A program made the position numbers and the translations under genes. A DNA stretch of 64,000 bases from Polyangia bacterium (GTDB lineage Bacteria; Myxococcota_A; Polyangia; Fen-1088): positions 11,110 to 75,109 of the forward strand of contig DASRQZ010000036.1 in assembly GCA_035696125.1 (NCBI GenBank). The letters run 5' to 3'. The notes under the pieces are model-generated. The model was not told where the DNA came from. It was given only the letters and a program-made list of their open reading frames with translations, and searched no databases. This document shows positions 45,436 through 55,732 of this stretch, piece by piece; the stretch's first letter is position 1; the number at the start of each line of letters is the position of its first letter.

Positions 45436-46829
45436 TGCTTGGCCGCCACCTCGCCCGCCGCGCCGAACTTCGGCGCCGTGCAGTTGCCGCACACCCAGGG
45501 ATAGGTCCAGTCGGCCACCTTCTTGGCGCTGTCCGGGATGAACGGGCTCCAGGCCTGGGCGCGGATCGGCGCGTCGGTCTTCCAGACGACGTGGAACTGA
45601 CCGTCGGCCTTGACCTCGCCGATGTAAACCGGCTTGTGCAGGTGGTGGTTCTTGGCGTCCATCTGGATGTCGAAGCCCGACGGCCCCTTGAAATGCTGGT
45701 AGCCGATGGCCTGGCGGACGGCGTCGACGTTGGTCGACTTGGCCTGCTCGACCGCCTGCGCCCACATGTGAATGCCGATGTACGTCGCTTCCATCGGGTC
45801 GTTGGTGACCCGCTTGTCGCCGCCCGGCAGGTTGTTCTTCTTCACGTACGCCATCCACTTGTCGATGAAGGCCTTGTTGACCGGGTTGTCGATCGACTCG
45901 AAGTAGTTCCAGGCCGCCAGGTGACCGACCAGCGGCTTGGTGTCGATGCCGCGCAGCTCCTCCTCGCCGACCGAGAAGGCGACGACCGGGATGTCCTCGG
46001 CCTTGAGGCCCTGGTTGGCGAGCTCCTTGTAGAAAGGAACGTTCGAATCGCCGTTGATGGTCGAGATGACCGCGGTGCGCTTGCCGGTCGCGAACTTCTT
46101 GATGTCGGCGACGATGGTCTGATAGTCGCTGTGACCGAAGGGCGTGTACTTCTCCATGATGTCGGCGTCGGCGACCCCCTTCGAGTGGAGGAAGTAGTTG
46201 AGGATCTTGTTGGTGGTGCGCGGGTAGACGTAGTCGGTGCCCAGCAGCACGAAGCGCTTGGCGCCGCCGCCCTTCTTGCCCATCAGGTACTCGACGGCGG
46301 GGATGGCCTGCTGGTTGGGCGCCGCGCCGGTGTAAAAGACGTTGAACGACGACTCTTCACCCTCGTACTGCACCGGGTAGAAGAGCAGGCCGTTCAGCGA
46401 CTCGAAGACCGGCAGCACCGACTTGCGCGACACGGAGGTCCAGCAGCCGAAGGTCACGGCGACCTTCTTGTTCTGGATCAGGTCGCGGGCCTTCTCGGCG
46501 AACAGCGGCCAGTTCGACGCCGGGTCGACCACCTCGGCCTCCAGCTTGCGGCCAAGCACGCCGCCCGCGTCGTTGATCTCCTCGATGGTCATGAGCGCGA
46601 CGTCCTTGAGCGAGGTCTCGCTGATGGCCATGGTGCCCGACAGCGAGTGCAGGATGCCGACCTTGATCGGGCCCTTGTCGTCGGCCGGCGCCGCCGCCGG
46701 CGCCGCGGGCGCGCTCGCGGCCGGCGCCGCCGCCGGCGCCTCCGCGGGCTTCTGACAGGCCACGAGCGTCCCCAGTGACGTCATGGCCAAGGAAACGTTG
46801 AGAACAACGTTGATTGAAATTCGCATCAT
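45432..46829 (-). CDS. urtA: Urea ABC transporter substrate-binding lipoprotein UrtA
   Basis: GAGGTG RBS before ATG 46829, with ATG 46868 as the alternative. The lipobox is TLVAC. The UrtA-typical blocks are IKVGILHSLSGTMAISE, VFYTGAAPNQQ and WSPFIPD. Confidence 0.92.
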   Translation of the reverse strand: MMRISINVVLNVSLAMTSLGTLVACQKPAEAPAAAPAASAPAAPAAAPADDKGPIKVGILHSLSGTMAISETSLKDVALMTIEEINDAGGVLGRKLEAEVVDPASNWPLFAEKARDLIQNKKVAVTFGCWTSVSRKSVLPVFESLNGLLFYPVQYEGEESSFNVFYTGAAPNQQAIPAVEYLMGKKGGGAKRFVLLGTDYVYPRTTNKILNYFLHSKGVADADIMEKYTPFGHSDYQTIVADIKKFATGKRTAVISTINGDSNVPFYKELANQGLKAEDIPVVAFSVGEEELRGIDTKPLVGHLAAWNYFESIDNPVNKAFIDKWMAYVKKNNLPGGDKRVTNDPMEATYIGIHMWAQAVEQAKSTNVDAVRQAIGYQHFKGPSGFDIQMDAKNHHLHKPVYIGEVKADGQFHVVWKTDAPIRAQAWSPFIPDSAKKVADWTYPWVCGNCTAPKFGAAGEVAAKQ

Positions 46830-46886
46830 CTTCACCTCTCTGCGTGTGTTTGTTGAAAAACGTTTCATGACCGCGCTCGTCGCTTG

Positions 46887-48194
46887 TTAGAAGAAGATCG
46901 CCTGCGCGCCGAGCTGAATGGAGTTGGCGCTGGTGACCGTGCCGGCCATGAAGGCCGTGGTCAGGTCGGTATGGCTGTACGTGGCGATGACCCGCAGCGC
47001 AGGGCCCTTCACGAGGTAAGACACCCCCACGTCGAGGTTCCAGGGCTTGGTGCCCCCCGGACCTTTGATCTTTTCCCACTGGTAGCGAACCATGGGTTGA
47101 ATGCTGCCGACGCCGATGGTGGGCGTCGCGTAGGCCGCGAGCAGATAGAATGTGTCACTGAACCCGCCGTCGAGGACGTTGTAGTGGTAATAGGCGCCCT
47201 CTCCGGTGACGAAGCTGCCACGACCGAGCTTCTTCTCGACCAGGACATCGACGTTGATGTCCGTCCAGTCCTTGTCGGCGGTCATGCTAGCGCTGCCGTG
47301 CTTCTGGAACTGCGCGCCCACGCCGACGGAAAGGATGTCCTTGTCGCCGAAGAAGCTGGCATTGCCCCAGAACCCGCCCTCGGGATCCCAGAGGTCCAGC
47401 CGCAGCCGCCCCGAGAAAAGCGGGCTCGAGGCGACGTTGGCGTTGTCGAAGGCCCCGGCCAGGTAGGTGAGCTTGCCGCCCATGAGATCGCCCCAGATCA
47501 CCACGCCGTTGTTGCGCCCGAATGGCCCCTCGAGCGGCGCCGAGACACCGGAACCATTCGGTTGGGCCGTGAAGAAGCCCGGGTAGTTCCAAGGAATCAT
47601 GAAGAAGGGACCCGACGCGTTGGCGCGGTCGACGGGAACCAGCAGGTGGCCGCCCCATACGTGGAACTCGTCCATGAAGTCGAAGGAGATGATGGCGTCC
47701 TCGACGGCGACGTAACTCCCGCCCTCAGCCGGGTCGTTGCCGGGCTGATTGAAGAGGCTCAGCATGTTCGAGACCAGGTTCAGGGTGACGCCGACGTTCT
47801 TGTGGATCTTGCCGCCGGCATGCAGCTCCACGAGAGCGTTGTCCATGTGCCAGTCGTTCATCTTGCTGGGATCGGTGCCACTCTTGAAGATGCCGCCCAC
47901 GCGTGTCCAGGCGCCGACGTCGATCGGCGGGAGCACGTCAGGACGGCTGGCCGGCATGGCCTCGGCCGAGGTCGGCGGCTTGGCCTCGGTGGCGACCGCC
48001 GCTGGCGGGGCCATGGGGGGCGCGGCGGCGGCGGGCGGAGGTGGGGGCGGCGGCGGGGGGGGCGGCGCCGCGCTGTCTTGAGCCAGGGCCGAAGTGGGCG
48101 CTGCCCACAGGGCCAGGGCCATCACCATGCTAGTTGTCAGCGTTGTCCAACGGATATTTGCACCTGCACCTGCACCTGCTCTGCCGTCTCTCAT
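46887..48194 (-). CDS. Outer-membrane porin-like beta-barrel protein heading the urt operon
   Basis: AGGAAG RBS before ATG 48194 and the signal MVMALALWAAPTSALA. An 11-residue poly-Pro tract is present. The body has alternating beta strands and the C-terminus ...SIQLGAQAIFF ends in Phe. Start is uncertain (48128 and 48224 are alternatives). Confidence 0.75.
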   Translation of the reverse strand: MRDGRAGAGAGANIRWTTLTTSMVMALALWAAPTSALAQDSAAPPPPPPPPPPPAAAAPPMAPPAAVATEAKPPTSAEAMPASRPDVLPPIDVGAWTRVGGIFKSGTDPSKMNDWHMDNALVELHAGGKIHKNVGVTLNLVSNMLSLFNQPGNDPAEGGSYVAVEDAIISFDFMDEFHVWGGHLLVPVDRANASGPFFMIPWNYPGFFTAQPNGSGVSAPLEGPFGRNNGVVIWGDLMGGKLTYLAGAFDNANVASSPLFSGRLRLDLWDPEGGFWGNASFFGDKDILSVGVGAQFQKHGSASMTADKDWTDINVDVLVEKKLGRGSFVTGEGAYYHYNVLDGGFSDTFYLLAAYATPTIGVGSIQPMVRYQWEKIKGPGGTKPWNLDVGVSYLVKGPALRVIATYSHTDLTTAFMAGTVTSANSIQLGAQAIFF

Positions 48195-48212
48195 GCTCTT
48201 CCTGTCTCGTGA

Positions 48213-48240
48213 TTGCCGGGACACACGACGGCCGTATAAT
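48213..48240 (+). promoter_or_regulatory. Candidate sigma-70-type promoter (TTGCCG-16 nt-TATAAT) facing the BMP ABC operon
   Basis: A perfect TATAAT at 48235-48240 is rare in this GC background. TTGCCG lies 16 nt upstream. This would give a ~280-nt leader before ATG 48525. There is no experimental support. Confidence 0.2.
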
Positions 48241-48524
48241 CGACGCCCTCCCGGTTGGCCGGCGTGCCTCCCTCACCACCGGCCCACGGCAATCACGTCA
48301 TCGTCTGGCCGGCGAATCGTCTTCCGACGTCTGTCTGACTGCGGTCTGTCTGACTTGCGGCGACGATATCCGACCCGTGTAGCCGAAATGTTTCCGCCTC
48401 AACTGGGTTTTGTTAAATCGACAGTCGAGCTATTTTTACCCCTTGCGAACCGCGCCGTCGAAGTTACGCACAATTCTCGCCCGCGAAAAGTTCAGGAAAC
48501 GCGCGCGACCCTATAAGGGGCGGC

Positions 48525-49679
48525 ATGATGAGACCCACTCTCCGTCGTGCCGCACCTCAGCTCCGATCTCGCTCGTTTCGCTTTCCCCTGCTCGCCGCGT
48601 TCGCCCTGGCGGCGACCGCCGTGCCCTCGGCCGCGCTGGCCCCGCGCGCGGAGGCCGGACCACCCATCACCGTTGGCTTCATCTATGTCGGGCCCAAGAC
48701 CGACTACGGCTACAACCAGGCGCACGCCGAAGGAGCGGCCGCGCTGGCCAAGCTGCCGGGCGTGAAGATCCGCGAGGAGGAGAAGGTTCCCGAGACCGTC
48801 GCCGTCCAGAAGACCATGGAGAGCATGATCAACCTCGACGGCGCCTCGCTGCTGTTCCCGACTTCGTTCGGCTACTTCGATCCGCACATCCTGAAAGAGG
48901 CGCAGAAGAACAAGAAGGTCACCTTCCTCCACTGCGGCGGCCTCTACACTGAGGGCAAGCATCCCGAGAACGTCGGCAGCTACTTCGGCTACATCGACGA
49001 GGCCCAGTACGTGTCCGGGATCGTGGCCGGTCTCACCACCAAGTCGAACAAGCTCGGCTTCGTCGCCGCCAAACCGATCCCCCAGGTTCTGCGCAACATC
49101 AATTCGTACACCCTGGGCGCGCGCTCGGTGAACCCCAAGGCGACCACCACGGTGATCTTCACCGGTGACTGGGCGCTGCCGGTCAAGGAGGCGGAGGCGG
49201 CCAACAGCCTGATCGACCAGGGCGTCGACGTGCTGACCTCGCACGTGGATTCGCCCAAGGTGATCGTCGAGCTGGCCGAGCGGCGCGGGGCCTTCGTCAC
49301 CGGTTATCACGCCAACCAGAGCGCGCTCGCCCCCAAGGGCTACCTCACGGGCGCCGAGTGGAACTGGGGCAAGGTCTACAAGGACTACATCGAGTGGATC
49401 CAGGCCGGAAAGAGCTACCCGCACCTCCTGCGCGGCGGCCTCAAGGAAGGCTTCGTCAAGGTCTCGCCCTACGGCAAGGCGGTCTCGGCCGAGGCCAAGA
49501 AGAAGGCCGACGAAGCCAAGGCCAAGTTCATGGCCGGTACAATGGTCATCTACAAGGGGCCGCTCAAGGACAACACCGGCAAGACTGTCATCGCCGCCGG
49601 CAGCGAGGAGAAGCAGACCGACGTCGCGCTGGAAAAAATGGACTACCTGGTAGAAGGCGTGGTCGGAAAAACGCACTGA
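48525..49679 (+). CDS. BMP-family (PnrA/Med-like) ABC transporter substrate-binding protein
   Basis: It has a signal peptide. The BMP pattern is ITVGFIYVGPKTDYGYNQAH, FPTSFGYFDP, LGFVAAKPIPQVLRNINSYTLGAR and FTGDW. Confidence 0.9.
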   Translation: MMRPTLRRAAPQLRSRSFRFPLLAAFALAATAVPSAALAPRAEAGPPITVGFIYVGPKTDYGYNQAHAEGAAALAKLPGVKIREEEKVPETVAVQKTMESMINLDGASLLFPTSFGYFDPHILKEAQKNKKVTFLHCGGLYTEGKHPENVGSYFGYIDEAQYVSGIVAGLTTKSNKLGFVAAKPIPQVLRNINSYTLGARSVNPKATTTVIFTGDWALPVKEAEAANSLIDQGVDVLTSHVDSPKVIVELAERRGAFVTGYHANQSALAPKGYLTGAEWNWGKVYKDYIEWIQAGKSYPHLLRGGLKEGFVKVSPYGKAVSAEAKKKADEAKAKFMAGTMVIYKGPLKDNTGKTVIAAGSEEKQTDVALEKMDYLVEGVVGKTH

Positions 49680-49698
49680 ACGCCCCGGGAGACTGCCC

Positions 49699-50889
49699 AT
49701 GGGGGTTGGCGTCAGCATGAAGTCCGGCGCCGAGATGACCTCGGCGTCGCCGGCCGTAGCTCCGGTATCGCCCGGGCGACCACAGGTCGTGGGCGCGCAC
49801 CGCCGTGACGGGTTCGTCGCGGCCGTGCGCGCCGCGCTGGCGTCACTGGTGGTGCCGGGGGCTGCGTTCACGGTCGCGCTGATCCTGTTCGGGATCTTCA
49901 TCGCGCTGACCGGGCACAACCCGCTGGCGGTCTACTATCAGATGTACCGCGGGTCGTTCGGGACCGCCTTCTCGTTCCAGAACACCCTGGTGCGCGCGGC
50001 CCCGCTGATGCTGACCGCGCTCGCCACCGCGCTGCCGCTGCGCCTGGGCCTGGTGGGCCTGGGCGGCGAAGGCGCCATGGTGCTGGGCGGGTTGGGCGCG
50101 GCGGCGACGGCCACGGCGCTGGGTGGGCACGGACCGATGGCGATCAAGACCTGGATGCTGATCGCGGGCGGTCTGGTCGGCGGCGGCTGGATCGCGCTCG
50201 CCGGCGCGCTGCGCGCCTACCGCGGCGTCAACGAGACCATCAGCACCCTGCTGCTCAACTACATCGCGATCGCGCTGCTCAACCACCTGGTCGAGGGTCC
50301 GCTGCGCGATCCCAGCAGCCTCAACAAGCCGTCGACGCTGCCCATCGGCGACGACAACATGATCGGCAACCTGCCGGGCATCGACGTGCACTGGGGGCTG
50401 GCGTTCGGCGTGGGCGCGTGCCTGCTGACCTGGGTGCTGATGGATCGCACCACCTTCGGGTTTGCGGCGCGCATGGTGGGCGGCAATGTGCGCGCGGCGC
50501 TGCTCAACGGCCTGCCCGTCGGACGCCTGATCGTCATCGCCACCTTCATCGGCGGCGTGTGCGCCGGGCTGGCCGGATCGATCGAGGTGGCGGCTATCCA
50601 CGGCACCGCCAACGCGTCGCTCATCACCGGCTACGGCTACACGGGCGTGCTGGTGGCCTTTCTGGCGCGCAGCAACCCGCTGGCGGTGATACCGGTGTCG
50701 TTGATCCTGGGCGGCATCGGCGCCAGCGGCGGACTCTTGCAGCGTATCTTCGACCTGCCCGACGCCACGGTGAACGTGCTGCAGGGCATCCTGTTCATCT
50801 CGATCCTGTTCTCCGAGACCTTCTACGGCCAATCGCCGCGTCAGCTGTGGCGCGGGTTGCGCTCGTTCAGGCGGGGGGCGGCCGGGTGA
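49699..50889 (+). CDS. ABC transporter permease (BMP/ribose-type)
   Basis: It is a multi-TM protein with GGEGAMVLGGLGAA and GYTGVLVAFLARSNP blocks. Its stop overlaps the next start as GTGA. The exact start is uncertain. Confidence 0.85.
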   Translation: MGVGVSMKSGAEMTSASPAVAPVSPGRPQVVGAHRRDGFVAAVRAALASLVVPGAAFTVALILFGIFIALTGHNPLAVYYQMYRGSFGTAFSFQNTLVRAAPLMLTALATALPLRLGLVGLGGEGAMVLGGLGAAATATALGGHGPMAIKTWMLIAGGLVGGGWIALAGALRAYRGVNETISTLLLNYIAIALLNHLVEGPLRDPSSLNKPSTLPIGDDNMIGNLPGIDVHWGLAFGVGACLLTWVLMDRTTFGFAARMVGGNVRAALLNGLPVGRLIVIATFIGGVCAGLAGSIEVAAIHGTANASLITGYGYTGVLVAFLARSNPLAVIPVSLILGGIGASGGLLQRIFDLPDATVNVLQGILFISILFSETFYGQSPRQLWRGLRSFRRGAAG

Positions 50890-51827
50890 GCGCCGGCACC
50901 GACATGGCGGTCAGCACGGGAGCGGCCGGCGTGGCGCTGGCGGTGCTGGGCGGCGCCATCCGCATCAGCACGCCGTTCCTCTTCGTCAGCCTGGGCGAGT
51001 GCCTGACCGAGAAGAGCGGCCGGGTGAACCTGGGCCTCGAGGGGACGCTGGTGATGGGCGCGATGGGCGGGTACGGCGTCTCGTACCTCACCCAGTCGGC
51101 CTGGCTGGGCGTGCTGGCCGCCGGCCTCCTCGGCGTGCTGCTGGGCGCGCTGCACGCCTGGCTGTGCGGCCGCCCGCGCGTCAACGACATCGCGGTCGGC
51201 ATCGCGCTGATGCTGTTCGGCGTCGGGCTGGCCTTCTTCCTGGGCAAGCCGCTCATCGGTCCCTCGGCCCCGCACCTGCCGTCGATCGCGCTCGGCTGGT
51301 GGAGCCGCTCGGCGCAGGTGCGCTCGGCGCTGCAGATCAACGTGCTGTTCGTGGTCGGCATCGGCATGGCCTGGGCGGTGCTTTACTTGTTGAACCGCAC
51401 GCGCTGGGGCCTGGTGATCCGCACCGTGGGCGAGAGCGCCGACGCCGCGCGCGCCATGGGCTACCAGGTCGGGCGGGTACGCATGCTGGCCACGATGGCG
51501 GGTGGATTCCTGGCCGGCGTGGGTGGATCCTTCCTGTCGCTGTTCTACCCGGGCAGCTGGAACGAGGGGCTGTCGAGCGGCCAGGGTCTGATGGCGGTCG
51601 CGCTGGTGATCTTCGCGCGCTGGGATCCGATCCGCTGCCTTTTCGCCTCGCTGTTGTTCGGCGGCGCCAGCGCGCTCGGCCCGGCGCTGCAGTCAGTGGG
51701 CATCACCTCCGGCTACTACCTGTTCAACGCCGCGCCGTACGCGCTGACCCTGGGCATCATCATCGCCACCAGCTCGCGCGATCGCGCGCTGGCCGGTCAA
51801 CCGGCGGAGCTGAGAATCGCGCGCTAA
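50886..51827 (+). CDS. ABC transporter permease (BMP/ribose-type), second subunit
   Basis: GTG 50886 (or ATG 50904) is in frame with ORF 50418..51827. It carries STPFLFVSLGECLTEKSGRVNLGLEGTLVMGAM and a multi-TM body. Confidence 0.85.
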   Translation: MSAGTDMAVSTGAAGVALAVLGGAIRISTPFLFVSLGECLTEKSGRVNLGLEGTLVMGAMGGYGVSYLTQSAWLGVLAAGLLGVLLGALHAWLCGRPRVNDIAVGIALMLFGVGLAFFLGKPLIGPSAPHLPSIALGWWSRSAQVRSALQINVLFVVGIGMAWAVLYLLNRTRWGLVIRTVGESADAARAMGYQVGRVRMLATMAGGFLAGVGGSFLSLFYPGSWNEGLSSGQGLMAVALVIFARWDPIRCLFASLLFGGASALGPALQSVGITSGYYLFNAAPYALTLGIIIATSSRDRALAGQPAELRIAR

Positions 51828-51835
51828 CGGAGGGA

Positions 51836-51933
51836 TGAAACGCCATGACGCCAAGGACGCCAAGATCGGGATTCCCAAAAATCCAGATCCGGACTCCAAC
51901 TCATCTTGGCGCCTTGGCCTCTTGGCGTTTTCA
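51836..51933. repeat. Hairpin element E10, GCCAAGAC type, inside the ABC operon
   Basis: tgaaacgccatgacgccaaggacgccaagatcggg faces tcatcttggcgccttggcctcttggcgttttca. The interior contains gatccgga. Confidence 0.8.
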
Positions 51934-51999
51934 ACACTCCGGTCGCGGGAACGAACTACCATCCGTCGCGCTAGCGCCGTCTGAGAAGGGAGTCTGCAC

Positions 52000-52706
52000 A
52001 TGACCATCCCCACCATCGCGCCGAAGTACGTGCCCGCCGATCCCTACCGGTGGCCGTGGAACGGAGATCTGAAACCCGCCAACACGGTGCTGATCGTGAT
52101 CGACATGCAGACCGACTTCTGCGGCAAGGGCGGCTACATCGATCAGCTGGGCTACGACATCAGCCTGACCCGCGCTTGTATCCAGCCGATCCAGCGCGTG
52201 CTGGAGAAGATGCGCGCGCTCGGCTACCCGATCATGCACACCCGCGAGGGCCACCGGCCCGATCTGTCGGACCTGCCCGCCAACAAGCGCTGGCGATCGC
52301 GGCAGACGAAAGGCAACCAGGGGGTGGGGATCGGTGATGTCGGGCCGTGCGGGCGCATCCTGGTGCGCGGTGCGCCGGGCTGGGACATCATCCCCGAGCT
52401 GGCGCCGCGCGCGGGCGAGACCATCATCGACAAGCCGGGCAAGGGTTCGTTCTGCGCGACCGACCTCGACCTCATCCTGCGCCAGCGCGGGATCGCCAAC
52501 ATCATCCTGACCGGCATCACCACCGACGTGTGCGTGCACACGACGATGCGAGAGGCCAACGACCGCGGCTATGAATGCCTGCTGCTGGAAGATTGCTGCG
52601 CGGCCACCGACGCCGGCAACCACGCGGCGGCGCTGAAGATGGTCAAGATGCAGAACGGCGTGTTCGGCGCGGTCACCAGGTCGAGCGCGCTGCTGGAGGC
52701 GCTGGC

Positions 52707-52710
<4 letters not shown>
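52000..52710 (+). CDS. Isochorismatase-like cysteine hydrolase (amidohydrolase of the BiuH/TrtA/GuuH/RutB/CSHase superfamily)
   Basis: The catalytic-triad contexts are visible: Asp in [11 protein letters not shown], Lys in [10 protein letters not shown], and Cys in [17 protein letters not shown]. The stop overlaps the ATPase start as GTGA. Confidence 0.9.
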
Positions 52711-54242
<1,532 letters not shown>

Positions 54243-54271
54243 TCGCGCGACCGACTGCTCAGGGGTTCACT

Positions 54272-54375
54272 CCCGAATACGGACGCCGACGCCGAAGCCG
54301 ATGCCGACGGGTCCGGATCCGGATCTGACGTCGGCGTCGGCGTCGGCGTGGGCGTCGGCGTGGGCGTCCGGGATC
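54272..54375. repeat. Hairpin element E11, GACGCC / GGCGTC type
   Basis: cccgaatacggacgccgacgccgaagccgatgccgacgggtccgga faces tccggatctgacgtcggcgtcggcgtcggcgtgggcgtcggcgtgggcgtccggg. The apex is ggatccggatc. Confidence 0.8.
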
Positions 54376-54424
54376 AGGTGCCCCGGGTGAAAGGCCTCGG
54401 GGCTGTGATATCAAGTAGTCCACC

Positions 54425-54787
54425 GTGTTGCCCGAACCTCTGGTCATCCGCGATCTCATCGAGCGCGCTCTCCGTGGTGACTTCGCCTTCCAGCCGTACT
54501 TTCCTGGCGTCGAGATCCATCGCATCTACGGCGACGAGAGCGCGGGGCCGAGCGCGATCCTGCTGCGTTATCAACCCGGCGGGCGCGCTCACCAGCACAC
54601 CCATCCCGGATACGAGCACATCTACGTGCTCAGCGGCGAACAGTCCGACGAGCGCGGCAGCTACCCGGCCGGCACGCTGGTCATCAACCCGCCGGGCAGC
54701 CACCACGAGGTTCACAGCGCGCGCGGTTGCCTGGTCCTGGTCATCAAGGAACAGCCCGTTGTCTTCACTGGGCCTGCCGTCGGCTGA
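54425..54787 (+). CDS. Cupin-domain protein (ChrR-like cupin)
   Basis: GTG start. The cupin metal motifs are GGRAHQHTHPGYEHIYVLSGE and PPGSHHEV. The 3' end overlaps the probable ureD start. Confidence 0.8.
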   Translation: MLPEPLVIRDLIERALRGDFAFQPYFPGVEIHRIYGDESAGPSAILLRYQPGGRAHQHTHPGYEHIYVLSGEQSDERGSYPAGTLVINPPGSHHEVHSARGCLVLVIKEQPVVFTGPAVG

Positions 54788-55685
54788 CGACGCCGACGCC
54801 GACGCCGGCGCCGGCCCGCGCGGCTGGGAGGCGGCGCTGGACATCGCTTTCACCGCGGCCGACGGCGGCGCCACGCTGCTGGCGCGCCACCGCCAGCTGG
54901 GACCGCTGGCGGTGCAGCGTGCCTTCGCGCCCGAGGGTCCCTCGGTCGCGCACGTCACCGTGCTGCACCCGCCCGGCGGCCTGGTGGGCGGCGACCAGCT
55001 GCGCATCACAGTCTCCGTCGAGCGCGGCGCCCACGGCCTGTGCACCACGCCGGCCGCCGCCAAGCACTATCGCAGCGCCGGAGCCACGGCGCGCCAGCAG
55101 CAGCACCTGACGGTGGCGGCGGGTGGCACGCTGGAGTGGCTGCCACACGAGAACATCTTGTTCGAAGGCGCGATCTCCGAGCTCAGCACCCGCGTCGATC
55201 TCGAGGCCGGGGCGCGCTTCATCGGCGTCGACCTCATCTGCTTCGGCCTGCCGGCGCGCGACGAGCGGTTCACGCGCGGCCGCTGCCGGCAACGCCTGGA
55301 GCTGTGGCGCGTCGGCGCCGGCGCCGGCGCCACCGCCCGCCCGTTGCTGATCGAACGGGGCTGCTTCGACGGCGGCGCAGCCGTACATCGGGCGCGCTGG
55401 GGCCTGGCTGACGCGCCGGTGCTGGGGACGCTGGTAGCGACGCCGGGCCTGCAGGCCGATCACCCCGCGCTGGCCGCGATTCGCGCGCGCGCCGGCGATC
55501 TGCCCGACGGCGACCTCGCGGTGGTCACGCGCCTGCAACCCGAGCCCGGCGATTCGCTGCTGTGCGCCCGCTACCTCGGCGCCAGCGCCGAGCGCGGCCT
55601 GGCCTTCCTGCGTGACGCCTGGCGCCTGTTGCGCCCGCCGATCCTGGGCCGCGAGGCCGTGACCCCGCGAATATGGGCGACCTAG
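54759..55685 (+). CDS. ureD: Urease accessory protein UreD
   Basis: The UreD blocks are GPLAVQRAF, VLHPPGGLVGGDQL, TTPAAAKHYRS and LEWLPHENILFEGA. The start is unresolved: TTG 54759 or CTG 54774, both in frame with ORF 54348..55685. Confidence 0.85.
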   Translation: MSSLGLPSADDADADAGAGPRGWEAALDIAFTAADGGATLLARHRQLGPLAVQRAFAPEGPSVAHVTVLHPPGGLVGGDQLRITVSVERGAHGLCTTPAAAKHYRSAGATARQQQHLTVAAGGTLEWLPHENILFEGAISELSTRVDLEAGARFIGVDLICFGLPARDERFTRGRCRQRLELWRVGAGAGATARPLLIERGCFDGGAAVHRARWGLADAPVLGTLVATPGLQADHPALAAIRARAGDLPDGDLAVVTRLQPEPGDSLLCARYLGASAERGLAFLRDAWRLLRPPILGREAVTPRIWAT

Positions 55686-55732
55686 ATGGCTAGCCCCCAG
55701 TGCCAGATGGACCTGGACGCTCACGCGAAGGG

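Noticed and set aside
48159-48179. (GCACCT)x3, i.e. GGTGCA repeats, resemble NtrC half-sites near the urea operon.
   Set aside because: They are direct rather than inverted repeats. With the RBS-supported start at 48194 they lie inside the porin coding region, where they encode GAGAGA.
48245-48524. A possible riboswitch (for example a guanidine or purine class) in the long putative leader of the BMP operon.
   Set aside because: I could not recognise any conserved riboswitch core by eye. It needs an Rfam/Infernal scan. A hit above threshold would revive it.
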